A stretch of DNA of 64,000 bases from the human T2T-CHM13v2.0 reference genome, Homo sapiens. The position numbers were made by a program, and so were the translations under genes. The stretch is taken from assembly GCF_009914755.1 (NCBI RefSeq), contig NC_060932.1, one strand, 5' to 3'. The notes beneath the pieces are model-generated. The model did not search any database, was not told where the DNA came from, and saw only the letters and a list, made by a program, of their open reading frames with translations. This document shows positions 14,656-29,989 of this stretch, in pieces (within the stretch, counting starts at the first letter, position 1; the number at the start of each line of letters is the position of its first letter).

Positions 14656-15654
14656 AGGATATGTGCACTGAATGTATTTGACTCTATTGAATTTTCTTGC
14701 TTTCACGGATTGAGGCCCCACCCTCCCACACCCTAAATTTGCAACTTTTCAAAGCCACTTTTCTGTTAAACTGTAAATAAATGAATTAATAATTGCATGA
14801 GAACGGTCTGAATTAGAGTGTCTGGAATGAGGCTAGTTTGTCATACATGGGAAAGAGCTGTGCCACAGACTAGTAAAACAGCACATTTCCAGGCGGTTTC
14901 ACACAATAGCTGGCAACAGTCCCAAGAGGAACTAGGTCAGAGCCCGGGGAAAAGCACAATCCGGCTTTCCGTTTCCCAGGAACTGCTGGCTATTTGCTGA
15001 CCTTTACGAAGAGTGTCTTTAAATGTTTCCTTGAGATCAAAGCCTCTGAGTGCTTAGCCTTACATTTTTAGGTATTACTTTTTCTTTTGTATCCATTAAG
15101 ATCAATCCCACTGTGAGTGAGAATTACACAACAGTAGTTTAAACATGCTTGCTCACAGCCACTGCCAATTCGATCATAATAGAACAGTTTCACATTAAAA
15201 AAAAAGCAATTCAATTAAAAACTACATTATAGAAATGCTAAGGGCCTAATTCCAACTAAAGGCAGCAATGAAATTTAAAGTAAAGACAGCAAGGGAGGGT
15301 TTTAATGTGTCCTTAGCTCCCTACATGTAATACACAATCACTAATAACGTACAACTGAAAATTAGATATCCATTCCATGGATGCCATACATCCTAAGATT
15401 ATTCCAAGGGCAGAAAAAGCTCACATAACGTCAAAGGAAACCCTAAATATTGATCAACGGCCGTATTCAACTGTAAGGTGGAATTTTCATTTTAACTTCA
15501 TTTCATTGCTTTAGTGATCTTAATCTTGTAACACTTCTGAATTTTTTTTTTTTATGTTTATATGTGCTTTAGACATGTAACTATGAATAAGAAGGTGTTT
15601 ATAGAAAAGTATTTTTAGGAAAGAGCATGGACACTGGTTAAACTCATTAATGAT

Positions 15655-15850
15655 GTATTCATTCAGTAAATAATTATATACTGAGGAAACTATGTTCCAG
15701 AGATGGTTCTAGGCTTCATTAAGCTTATTTTCTGCTGGATGCAGACAATTAAAAAATACGACAAATAAGCAAATTCATTGTCTATGAGTAGGTGATGAGG
15801 GCTACAGCAGAAGAGGAAACAGGGAAAGCAAAGGGGATTGGAGTAGCAGG
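15655..15850 (-). mobile_element. L2 3' end
   Basis: attcattcagtaaata...actgaggaaactatgttccagagatggttctagg...ggtgatgagggcta. Confidence 0.6.
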
Positions 15851-15886
15851 TGGAACGTGGTTTCTGACCCCATTAGCAGGTTTACC

Positions 15887-16240
15887 TGTCATATTAGCCT
15901 AGGCTGGGGTACCCCATGGCAAGATCAACCCACAGCTTTCTGGATCGTAGTAAACATAAGCTTATTTCTCACTGAAGAGGCTCCTCTACAGCGTTGAAAA
16001 GTGTCCTTTCCACTGAGTTACTTGTCACCCCTTTTGCTGAGGCCATGACCCTCTGAGCTTCCCGGGACAACAGAGCAGACAGGACACAGCTCGGCTCTGT
16101 GCTGGCCCCTGCAGGCTTCAGCCCAAGGTTCGGTGCGTCCTGAATACCTGACCTGAATTAGCCACAAGTCCCAACTTCACCACAGGAAAATGTAGAGCAG
16201 GAGATTGCATCTTCGGGTGTGCCACCATCTCCACTGCATC
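15887..16240 (-). mobile_element. MaLR LTR (MLT1J/K-like)
   Basis: tattagcctaggctgggg...aaacataagcttatttctcact matches the reversed MLT1J/K terminus. Confidence 0.55.
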
Positions 16241-16692
16241 AAGGTAGGCCAGATTTTAGGGGTGCCAGGCAGGAGAAAGAGCTATGAAGAGTCTCTGAGG
16301 CAGGACAACCCTTGTGGGTGGAGGGAAAGTGACCATCGATTTATTACATGTTTCTCTGGTGAGTACAGACCAGCGTCTGTGCCTGATGGACACCCGGAGA
16401 TCTATGAGAGGAATCCAGCATTGGGTCAGGGAGTGATCTATAAACTTCCGAGCAGGATAAACACAAGTATTAATGTATGTGTTTCTGTGGGTGGGAAAAT
16501 ACGTTAGAGCTTACCTCAAATTCTAAAAGGAAGTATCCACAATACCTATATTTTTTAAGTCAAAATAAAGCATTCAATTACAATGCTGCATAATTGATCT
16601 GGTAAATATTATACAAGTCATTTCCATATCAAACTCTATAGAATTTTACACACCAAACTCTCAGCTTTCATTCTCTCTGCATTGCTCTTGAG

Positions 16693-17015
16693 TAACCCTG
16701 TTCAATAGAAACAGAATGAGAGCCTCCTATGATATTTTAAATTTAAGAGAAGCCACATTAAAAAACTAAAAATGTGAGTTAATAATTAAAGGTGAATTAA
16801 TTTTACGAATATATTTTATTCACCAAAATATATCCAAAATGTGATGTTGATAGGTATTCACTATAAAAACAGTAAAACATTTTCTTTATTTCATACCAAG
16901 TCTTTAAGATCTGATGTGCGTTTTATACACACAGCTCTTAAGTTCAACAACAGACCCCGCACAGCTAGTGATCAGCGGCCACAGTGGCTGACGGCGATGG
17001 TCTGGGAGAGCTCAG
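16693..17015. mobile_element. MER33 (hAT-Charlie) non-autonomous DNA transposon
   Basis: ctgttcaatagaaac...agccacattaaaaaa...tatattttattcaccaaaatatatccaaaat...gtggctgacggc; about 320 bp. Confidence 0.85.
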
Positions 17016-18204
17016 GTCTACACCAGCACACACTATCCGAAGTCAGAGAGAAAAGAAAAACTGCCCCGCATTTCTTCAACTCAAGTCATCGTTAATATTT
17101 AAAAACAAATCAATAGGCTTATTTATAAACCAAAACGCGTTGTGGTTCTCAGTTTCACAGGGAGAAGCTCTACGTCAGAGACTCAGCAGATGGGCCTTAG
17201 ACAACACTAACAGGAGAGAAAATTGTATGAGAGCTGCCACATATCACGCGGCACATCTCCAAGCAGGCATCCATGTCAACGACAACATGAACAAGGTGAT
17301 AATGACGACAGAAATGAGGACTAACAACCAAGCATAGTACTGGTTCTACTACACACAATTCCAGTCAACTTCAGAAAACAAATGCAACAAAAAGGCTGAA
17401 AAACACTTGCACTACTACAGAGCTAGAAGTAGCTGGCGCCAGAATGGAAACCCAGTTCCAGCTGATTCAAAGTGCTTGCCATTTCAACACGCTGCACTGC
17501 CTCATTTAGAACTTCCTGAAATAGAGAGGATTTCCATTCAGGAATAAAGCTCCTTACAAAGCCACCTGTAGAGGATAAAGTCCTCTCTATACAAAAATCA
17601 CCCGCTCCACAGCAGAAAATGTCTTGATACACATCACATTGGTACGGATTTGTTTAAAGCACTGGATAATGATTACAAGTGAAACGGATATTTCAAACAC
17701 CGAAGAATTCCGTGTCTACAGCACTAATTGATATCTGGGCTAATTTTTAAGCTACAAAGTAGCACCTGCTGGCTTCTAATTATAAGCAAGCGCTTTGTGA
17801 ATAGCTGGGAGTATGAGCGACTCAAACTGCATGTACAATGAGCACCACCGAAAGCTCATTTGAAGTACAATCCATCATCTGTGTCCAACATGACAGGGAA
17901 CCGGGCAGCGCACACGCTCCATCAGATGCTGTGATTAAAGGGAGGGACGCTGCGGTTTGTCACATGACTGCACGAGGCTGTCACCACCTGCTGTTAATAA
18001 CTGACATGCAATCTGAGCCTGCTTTATAAGAACGAAGAGACAGGCTGCACATTCTCTCTGATGGAAATAGAAGGAATTACTCACTCTTTCATCTTCCTAA
18101 ATACAAACTGAAACAAATACCATTTTCGTCAAAGTTTTGCCCCCTACGGACTGAAAACTGCAGTAAAAGTAGCATTGACCGGGGAGCTTAGAGAAGTAGA
18201 GAGT

Positions 18205-18352
18205 AAGGGAAAGACAGAAAGACTGCAGGGGAGAGAGAGAGAGAGAAAGAGAGACAGAGACAGAAACAGAGAGAGAGACAGAGAGAGAACAAGAAAAAGA
18301 CGGAGGAGGAGGAGGAGGAGGGTAGGGAAGGGGAGAAGACAGAAGAGAGACA
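18205..18352 (+). repeat. Purine-rich (GA)n/(GACAGA)n/(GGA)n low-complexity tract
   Basis: Read directly from the sequence. Confidence 0.9.
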
Positions 18353-19164
18353 GTTTTATTTTTATTAAGTTGTATCAGACTCTATGGGAAACAAATCAAG
18401 CTTATGTGAAGTCCTTCGTAAACATTTAATATTTAATTTCTATAGGTTGAGTTGTTTCAAATGCTGTTGAATGATCTCTGGGAAGCCAGTAAACTCATAT
18501 GACAATTGTAAAAATTGGGTGTTGTATGATGATTCTCCTGGCATGCAAGATCTCACCCCGGGTATCTGTATCAAGAACTACTCTCGACCATGTTCATAGC
18601 ATACGACAAAGTGACTGCCATGTTGTTCATCATTTGCTCATGAAGGGCTCTGCTTTAAAAGCATCAGATTCAGTGGCAAGTGATTGCTCTTATAAATGCA
18701 GTTTTAATTTGATAATTTATTTGTAACCCCAACTGTTTTCCCAGAAATCACCATCCACTGATGTGCCATCCCTTTAGATTTCCACACGGCAACAGCACAG
18801 GTTCCCGGCCCGAGAGTCTCAGAAGAGCCTTTTGAAATGCCACCTGACACTTTCGACAAATTATTTTCCCCCTTTTAGAACAGTTAAGCAGACAATACTT
18901 AAAATAAACGAAGTGTATGCATACCGACTTTTGTTACATTTAGTTTCTAGGCAGCTCATTAAGATCTGAAATATCTTGATTCTAAAGCACAAGCTCCTAA
19001 GTAGCATGGCAAAGACCAGCAGAGTTCTGCATATGCATGCACAACACCAGCCTATCTGCAAGAATTTGTCACTTTAGTGGAAACAGCCAGAAATCATTTA
19101 AAAAACTGTGACAAAAAATTCCATCGCCTTAGAAATTGTCCATTTATGTATAATTTAGAAACTA

Positions 19165-19494
19165 CAGTTTTTCCGAATTATCTGGAAAGGATTGGTTTCA
19201 GGACCTCCATGGATACAAATATCTACAGATGCTCAAGTCCGTCATATAAAATGGCATAGTATTTGCATATAACCGCATCCATTCTCCCTATATACATTAA
19301 ATCATCTCTAGATTATTTATAATACCTAATACAATGTAAATGCTATGTAAATAGTGTTATGCTGTATTATTCATGGAATAATAGCCAGAAAAAAATCCTG
19401 AATATTTTCGGTATAGACACAACCATCCATTTTTTTTCTGAATGTTTTTGACCCTTGGTTGTTTGCAGAACACACAGATATGAAGGAGCAGCTG
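19165..19494. mobile_element. MER2 (TcMar-Tigger) DNA transposon
   Basis: CAG...CTG termini with TA on both sides; gattggtttcaggacc...gatgctcaagtcc...aaatcatctctagatta...aatacaatgtaaatgctatgtaaatag. Confidence 0.9.
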
Positions 19495-21593
19495 TATTTT
19501 TTTTCTATATTCCTCAAAGCTGAGCTATCATTTTCACGAATAAAATCTTATTTCATAGATTTACTGGGCATATAATATAGTGACCTAGCAAAAATAAAGA
19601 ATCTTAATCACGGTGAAAGTTTCATCTATTTGGGAATTGAGTACCACACCACTAAATATGGAACCCTACTTTACAATCCCATACATGCTGTGCATGAATA
19701 AGTAGACTTATTGTCAGTAGTCACTGAAGTTTTCAGGCAAAATTGACCATCATTTCCCAGTCAATGTCTGGAACTACGCAGGAGCATTTGCCTTTGGATA
19801 TTGTTGGAATCAAAAGCTCTAGACAACATCATTGGCAACCTTGTAAGTTTGTTGTCCATTATCATTAAATAATTTTCAAGATACTCCGAGGCATATGATG
19901 CTATGAAAAATCTTAAAACAACTATGTCTTATTTTTAAAGTGTCATGTAACATAAGACAGTTTGATTTCTGTGGTCATTGACTGAGAGACTAAACAAAAA
20001 GGGTGTTACCATAAATACTTAAAACAGAGTAAGATAAAAATAAGGGAGAGGTCCAAGACAGTCATTGTGCTTTTTCTCATAATAAAGTTCTTTTCCAGGC
20101 AATTTGGGCACAGAAAATGAAATAAGATCATGACAATTTGGTGAATAATACTCTATGAAAAAGTCCAAGGACTAACTAGAACCACAGAATCATCCTGTGT
20201 TAACTAAAATGATTAAGATAAACTGTGCCCAGGCTAGACTGAAACTTGAAGTCACCCAATGATCACGTGGAATAATAAGCTTTCCTCCAGCATGGAAATA
20301 ACGGTGGAGTTGGAAAAGTGTCTTAGAATAATAAGGTTTAAATATGCAAATCTGCCATTTCATCTGGATCACATATCTAAAGAATAAAATTTAAAATCTA
20401 GAGAATATAGATATGAAATAAAATAAAACAAGACTGAAAGCTTGGCAACGAAACAAGTCATGATATACTGTGAGAAGCAATTTTAATTTATTTATCCACC
20501 ATTTCCCAGGAACTTGTGAATTTTTGGCCTCTAACTTCAGCCTATGGATATGTATGTTTTTAATCTAAGGGAAAAGTCAGCCAGCAGAAAGAGTCAAAAA
20601 TATAGTACTCTGGAAATCTACATTTTCATTACTTTTCCTTTAAGCCAGATCCCTCTCATAAATACTCCAAGAAATGTTAACTTTTCATATATTATTTTCC
20701 CCTAGCGTGTGCAAGTTAAGGATTTTCATTTGTATTTAATTTTTAAACAATTTTCTGACTAGTTTAATTTTTAAACAGATTTCTGAAAACCATTTTGTAC
20801 TTTCTCCCTAATATATACCTGATATATACATGTGAGTGTGTGTGTGCATGTGTGTGTTTCTATAAAGTTACGTAAGAAAATGTTTTGCTGCTTATAATTT
20901 CAGGGTTTTTTTTCCCCTTTCTCATGCTCTCAACCATCCAGAGGTTCATGAACTCAGATTACAGACATTCAAACGAGAGATATTTTCAAGAATATGTATG
21001 TTTTTAAATGTTCTGCTTCTATTTCTACTTTTTTTAAGGAAATCAGAGACTTTTTTCCTTTAAGAGTACTGAAATATTATTTTCTTATGTCAAAAGACAT
21101 AAAGTGAGACAATGACATTCTAGAAGTACTCAGCTGATCAATTAATAAGTATTACAGTTTCTTTCTAAAATGCAATCTGAGCTGGAACAAGCTCACTAAG
21201 AGATGCCTGCAATCAGGGACTCCCGGCGAAAGGAAATAACTTAATAAACCTTGCACCGCATGGAAAAATCTGGTAGAAATCTAGTATCTTTCAAGGATTC
21301 CTTCTACAAAGTTTTGTTTTGCTCTGGTTTGGTTCGTACACTCTAATGATTTCGGACAGAAAAGTTTCCCTGTTCCCAATATTTTTGCTGATATTTGTGT
21401 TATGTTTGTCATCATCTTTTGGTTCCACGTCTTTGCTTTCTATTATCATCAGTCAGTTTGTTTTAGATATAGATCAGTGAAATCTTATGAGCAGAAGAAT
21501 CTGATGGCTGAAGAAAGAATCTGCTGTTGCGAAAAAAGACCTTGGGAAAAGTTTATTGATGAAATACACATGGAAATAAACAGTATTAAAAAA

Positions 21594-22130
21594 GTATGTA
21601 TCTTTATTATAGAATTATTTATATTCCTTAGGATATATACCCAGTAATGGGAAAAGCACATGCACGAGTATGTTCATTGCAGCACTATCCACAATAGCAA
21701 AGACATGGAATCCACCCAAATGCCCATCACTGATAGACTGGATAAAGAAAATGCAGTTCACATACACCATGGAATACTATGCAAACATAAAAAGAAATGA
21801 AATTATGTCCTTCGTAGGGACGTGGATGGAGTTAGAAGCCATTATCTTCAGCAAATTCCTGCAGGAAGCAAAAGACAAACACCACATGTTCTCACTTATA
21901 AGTGGGAGCTGAACAGTAGGAACACATGGAAACAGAGAGGGCAACAACACACACTGGGAACTGTTGTGGGGCATAGGGTGAGGGAGAGCATCAGGATAAA
22001 TAGCTAATACATATGGGGCTTGAATCCTAGGTGATGGGTTGATAGGTGCCGCAAACCAACATGGCACATGTTTACCTATGTAAGAAACCTGCACATCCAG
22101 CACATGTACCCCAGAACTTAAAATAAATAA
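21594..22130 (+). mobile_element. 5'-truncated L1 (about L1PA10-13) with an inverted 5' segment
   Basis: 21652-22130 is the L1 ORF2 end plus 3'UTR and A-tail; 21594-21651 is the reverse complement of the adjacent upstream L1 sequence; TSD AAAGTATG at 21591 and 22129. Confidence 0.92.
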
Positions 22131-22997
22131 AGTATGGCAAAAGCACAGTCTCTGTAATTTTACATACATAGTTTTTTATTGTATTATTTTGTTTATACCA
22201 AGTCTTTTAAATAACATGAAATGTATAAAAATCTACTTTATGTTAACATTTGCAATTTTGTCTGAGGCTAGTCTTGAAATAAAAGGAAACTGAAGGAACC
22301 ACATTAGCCCACAAGATCAGGGGCCCCTTCAAAGTGCTGGGCATCCAGAGCTTAAAAGAGCTGGGCAGTCTATAGCTGCTGAGCCATAATTATCAAGAAC
22401 CAGTAACACGTCTTTCAGGGGTGTGAAGCTCACCTCCTGAGGTTCTTAGAAGGCATCAATGAATGTCTCTGATACACCTTTCTGTGCCTGCTCCCGCACA
22501 TTTACACAGACTCCACCCTGGCAACGGACACAGGCCTGTGATGAGGCTAGGGCTCCATCGCAGAGAACCCATCCAGGAAGAAAATGCCCTGACAAGGCTG
22601 AGCTTGCCAGTAAATATTTAATAAGTAAAAGAGGATGTGTTCCCTCCCCATTCTCCCCTGGTTCTTCCACCCTCCTGCCAATGGAGTGACCCATCCTGAA
22701 TACAGGAAGTTTGGAAAAGACATCCCAAACTGGACACAGCACGTCCTGCTTTCTCTGTTCCCTCTTCTGGGGAGGCTGACTTCACAGTCTGTGCGTGTAT
22801 GAGGGCTGGTTCTCAGCAAGCAGGGACCTGTCCAAAGGGGATCCTGCCCCAAATCCCACAAACCCCAGACAAGCCCCTATATTTATATATGAGGGTTTGC
22901 AAGTGATATGGAGATTTAATTACATGTTTAAAAATATTAAACAATATATCCTTAAATGCTCCAGCTTATGGCTCCAAACGTTAGAATTTTATACACA

Positions 22998-25655
<2,658 letters not shown>

Positions 25656-26159
25656 TGTTTTTATATATAATGCTTTAGACATATTTTTTTACAACTAAAA
25701 ATTATCTTGAAAAAACGTAGGATTCTTTCACTTTTGTCAGCTAATTCATAATTTATTATTTGGCTAATAAGGAACTTAACTGATCATACATTTTTAAATA
25801 AATATATACGTGATCAAACTCCACACTTACCTGAATGTTTATATGTGCTTTGCCCATAATTGCTAAAATTTGGAAGCGACCAAGGTGCCCTGTAAGAGGT
25901 GAGTGAATAAACTGTGGGACATCCTGACAATGGACTGTCAATATTCAGTGCTAAAAAGAAATAAGCTATCAAGCCATGAAAAGTCATGGTGGAATGTAAA
26001 TCATATTTCTCAGTAAAAAAAAAGCCAATCTGAAAAGGTACATACTGCATGATCCCCAATCATATGACATTCTGGGAAAATAGGAAGACAGAAGAAAGAT
26101 CAGTGGTTGCCACTGATTGGGGGCAGGGAGAAGTAAACACCAAGAAAACAGGGTTTTCA

Positions 26160-26164
26160 TTATT

Positions 26165-26195
<31 letters not shown>

Positions 26196-26471
26196 TGGAG
26201 AGGGAGTCTCACTCTGTCTCCCAGGCTAGATTGTAGTGGCAATCTTGGCTCACTGCAACCTCCGCCTCCTGGGTTCAAGCGATTTTCCTACCTCCCAAGT
26301 AGCTGGGATTTACAGGCGCGTACCACCGCACCCAGCTAATTTTTGTATTTTTAGTACAGACGGGGTTTCCCCATGTTGGCCAGGCTGGTCCTGAACTCCT
26401 GACCTCAGGTGATCCACAAGCCTCAGCCTCCCACAGTGCTGGGATTACAGGTGTGAGCCACCGCACCCAAC
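26160..26471 (-). mobile_element. Alu SINE (AluSx-like) with (TTTA)n tail
   Basis: Full Alu body; ctgacctcaggtgatcc. Confidence 0.97.
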
Positions 26472-26571
26472 ATAAAATAGAATCTTTAGGACGGTGAAAC
26501 CACTCTGTATGATACTATAAGGGTGGATACATGTCATTATACACTTGTCCAAACCCATGGAATATACCACA

Positions 26572-26810
26572 CCATGAATGAACCCTAACGTAAGCTGTAC
26601 ACATCAGATGGCGACGTATGAGTGCAGGTGCCTGAATGGAACAAACGCGCCATGAATGAACCCTAACGTAAGCTGTACACATCCGACGGCGATGTATGAG
26701 TGCAGGTGCCTGGATGGAACAAACGCGCCATGAATGAACCCTAACGTAAGCTGTACACATCCGACGGCGATGTACGAGTGCAGGTGCCTGGATGGAACAA
26801 ACGCGCCATG
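26572..26810 (+). repeat. Minisatellite, 78-bp unit x3
   Basis: Units start at 26572, 26650 and 26728 (ccatgaatgaaccctaacgtaagctgtacacatc...ggaacaaacgcg); closing ccatg at 26806. Confidence 0.98.
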
Positions 26811-27744
26811 CAGCAGGGCAGGTGTTGCTAAAAGGGGAGGCTACGTGGAGAGGCAGGGGGTGCGGGAAACTCTATAGTCTGTTCGGTTTTGCTGTCAACC
26901 TAAAACTACTCTAAAAATTAGGGTCTATTAAAAAAAAACAAAAAGCACCTGGCATTTACTGTACAATGTGCCAGAAAAAGAATAAGCTTTCTGAAATCAG
27001 AAAGTGAGTTACTCGAAATGTGTACCATCCTTTGTCTTTTCCATGAAGTCTGAGAATCAGGCTGGTAGAAGGCTACACCTAGTGACTATCTTCAGTAAGA
27101 TGGCCTGACGCTTAACCTTTTTTTTTCTTTTCGCAGTTTGGAAACTGTCAGTAGTTAACCAAAATGAAATCTGGCCTCCTTTCTACTCCCTTTTCCCCCT
27201 TGAGCTTTGTTTTTTCTTGCTGCCACATTCTAGCCAAGGAGAAAAGACAGACACCTCCTCGAATTATCTGAGTATTATTCATCTCGATGGTTGCTGGAAT
27301 GGCTTCCGAGGACCCCCTCCATCTCATGGTCGTTTCTGTCTGCTTTCCTCTCATCTATAATCCCAAGGAACTCACTCGAAGCAGCACGCGCGGCTGGCTG
27401 GTGGGATCCTCCTTATACGTCACCGTCTGCCTGTAACAACACTGTCATCGCCTCATGCTTCATAACACCGGGACACCAGGCAAAGGAGCTCCCAAGCTGA
27501 ACCTCTGCCTGCCGCAAGGTAAATACAAGCAGGACCGCATGCTGCAATTTCAGGGTTATGATCGTCTTAATAAATGATGCACTCAATGTGCTATAAATCA
27601 TCTCCCTCCGACCAACTCTCTCGGCAGCCTATTATAATACTCACTGATTGTGACAGCTAATAGCAGCTACAATAAATGATGGCAATGATTATTTTTTACA
27701 AAGGACTTCCAGTTAGAGAAAAGGTGTGTTACAACGCTGAAGCG

Positions 27745-28028
27745 CTCGCACTTCTGGGTGCCAAATAGACAGACTGTATACCTGACACTGGCCTTCTCTA
27801 GTCAGTAACTTCATCACATAGCTTTTAGAGAAGTAAGTTTAGATGTCAAATAGATATTCAGAAACACTCCAGGCCCATGCAGAGAATGTCAGGCTCAGAA
27901 CGTATCCTAGAGGACACCTAGTTAGAACATCTCACTTTCCAAACAAAAGACAGAGACTCAGGGCATGTCAAAAACCACAAAACAAAGTAGAGGAAAGACA
28001 TTTAAAACTAGAGAAACAAATTTTCCTG
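27745..28028 (+). repeat. Dispersed direct duplication, copy A (~284 bp)
   Basis: About 88% identical by manual alignment and essentially ungapped versus 30695-30979; offset 2950 bp. Confidence 0.95.
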
Positions 28029-28438
28029 GAAAAGTCAGGGCAAGTCAATAGAAAAAAAAAAAAAAAGCAGTGTACAAAGGACAAGAGCAGGCACACGAGA
28101 AATGACATAGGTAAAAAAAAGTTTTTCTCAAGCCTCTTAGTCATCAGGGAACAATGAAGGGTGTAACATCGGCCATATGATTAGACAAATTATAAGGCTT
28201 GTGTGTTTGCAGGTGTACAGAATAGTGAGGAAACGGCCCTTGGCAGACTCTCAGTGGGAGCAGAGGGGTGTGTTGGTACATTTATGCTGGCAAATAGCTA
28301 TTAATATTAAAAACTAAAATTTTAGCACATGCTTTGTTCCAGCAACTAAACTTCTGAAACATGCCCTTAAGAAATGCTCACATGTGAAGAAGTTCGACCT
28401 GTATGGATGTTTACTGCAGCAAACTTAAAAATAGAAGC

Positions 28439-29370
28439 TTTGCAATCTACCCATCTGACAAATGTCTAACATCCAGAATCTACAAAGAACTTAAAGAAAT
28501 TTACAAAAAAAAAAAATCAAAAAGTATACAAAGGATATGGACAGTCACTTCTCAAAAGAAGACATTTATGCAGCCAGCAAACATATAGAAAAAAAGCTCA
28601 TCATCGCTGGTCATTAGAGAAATGCAAATCAAACCAAAATGGGATACCATCTCACGCCAGTAAAAATGGCGATCATGAAAAAGTAAGGAAACAATAGATG
28701 CTGGCAAGGCTGTGGAGACTTAGGAACACATTTTACACTGTTGATGGGTGTGTAAATTAGTTCAACCATTGTGGAAGACAGTGTGGCGATTGCTCAAGGA
28801 TCTAGAACTAGAAATACCACTTGACCCAGCAATCCCATTACTGGGTATATGCCCAAAGGAATATGAATCGTTCTACTATAAAGACACATGCACATGTATG
28901 TTTATTACAGCACTATTCACAATAGCAAAGACTTGGAACCAACCCAAATGCTCAACAATGTTAGACTGGATAAAGAAATGTGGCACATATACACCATGGA
29001 ATACTATGCAGCCATTAAAAAGGATGAGTTCATTTCCTTTGCGGGGACATGGGTGAAGCTGGAAGCCATCATTCTCAGCAAACTAACACAAGAACGGAAA
29101 ACCAAACACCACATGTTCTCACTCATAAGTGGGAGTTGAATAATGAGAACACACGGACACAGGGAGGGGAACATCACACACACGGGCCTGTCAGTGGGTG
29201 GGGACAAGAGAAGGGAGAGCATTAGGGAACGTACCTAATGCATGTGGGGCTTAAAACCTAGATGATGGTTTGATAGGTGCAGCAAACCATCGTGGCACAC
29301 ATATACCTATGTAACAAGCCTGCACATTCTGCACATGTGTCCTAGAACTTAAAGTAAAATTTAAAAAAAA
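28439..29370 (+). mobile_element. 5'-truncated L1PA (about PA8)
   Basis: ORF2 C-terminal remnant (LVQPLWKTVWRLLKDLELEIPLDPAIPLLGI), 3'UTR and A-tail; TSD aaaaatagaa(g/a)c. Confidence 0.95.
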
Positions 29371-29539
29371 ATAGAAACAAATGGAAACAACCCAAATCTA
29401 AATGTCAACAGGCAAATCACTAATCAAAGTTTGGTACATCCACAGCAGGGAATGCTAAGTGAACATTTTTTAAAGAGGTTGATCTACTACTGATTTTACT
29501 GTTTTCAGTTAGAAATCAAGTCACAGGATGATATTGATG

Positions 29540-29898
29540 TGTCATGGACTGAATATCTGTGTCAGCCTGAAAACCCATTGGTTAAACTCGTAATCCTCAA
29601 TGTCCTGGTATTTGTAGGTGGGGTGTTTGGGAAATAAGCAAGTTTAGATGAGGCCTTAAGGGTGTAGACCAGAGGATAATAGTAGTGTTCTTCTATCTAG
29701 GGGAGGACACCAGGACTTCTGCTCTGTCTGTGCTCTGTGAGGAACAAGGAAGCACACAAGCACACACCTGCAAGCCAGGAAGAGAGTCCTCCCAGAACCA
29801 CAGTGGGCTGGCACCCTGATCACAAACTTCCAGCCTCCAAACAGTGGGAAATGAACATCCATGGCATTTTGCTACAGCAGCCTGAGCTGACTAACAAA
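29540..29898 (+). mobile_element. MaLR solo LTR (MLT1A-like)
   Basis: tgtcatggactgaat...ctgcaagccaggaagagag...cttccagcctcca...cagcagcctgagctgactaa. Confidence 0.85.
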
Positions 29899-29989
29899 AC
29901 GTTCTATGATGCAATTTATGATTTTAAAACTCCTACACGTTTGTGTATGTTTCTGGAGACACATCTGAAAGGGTTCGACAAAGTACAGG

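Larger units (their letters stand above)
25810..26945 (+). mobile_element. L1MC1-like 3' end, interrupted by an Alu and an internal minisatellite
   Basis: gctaaaaagaaataagctatcaagccatgaaaag...gtggatacatgtcattatacacttgtccaaacccat...aacctaaaactactctaaaaa plus A-tail. Confidence 0.85.

Noticed and set aside
19737-19842. 106-nt candidate exon (tttcag|...ctt|gtaagt)
   Set aside because: Weak pyrimidine tract, and the single open frame resembles no protein I recognise.
26572-26810. CRISPR-like or repeat-protein reading of the 78-bp array
   Set aside because: There are no unique spacers and no cas genes, the context is eukaryotic, and the unit derives from an L1MC1 3'UTR.
28748-29139. ORFs with real protein similarity (also 21670-21912 and 24059-24268)
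   Set aside because: These are frameshifted remnants of L1 ORF2 and Tigger1 transposase, not functional CDS.
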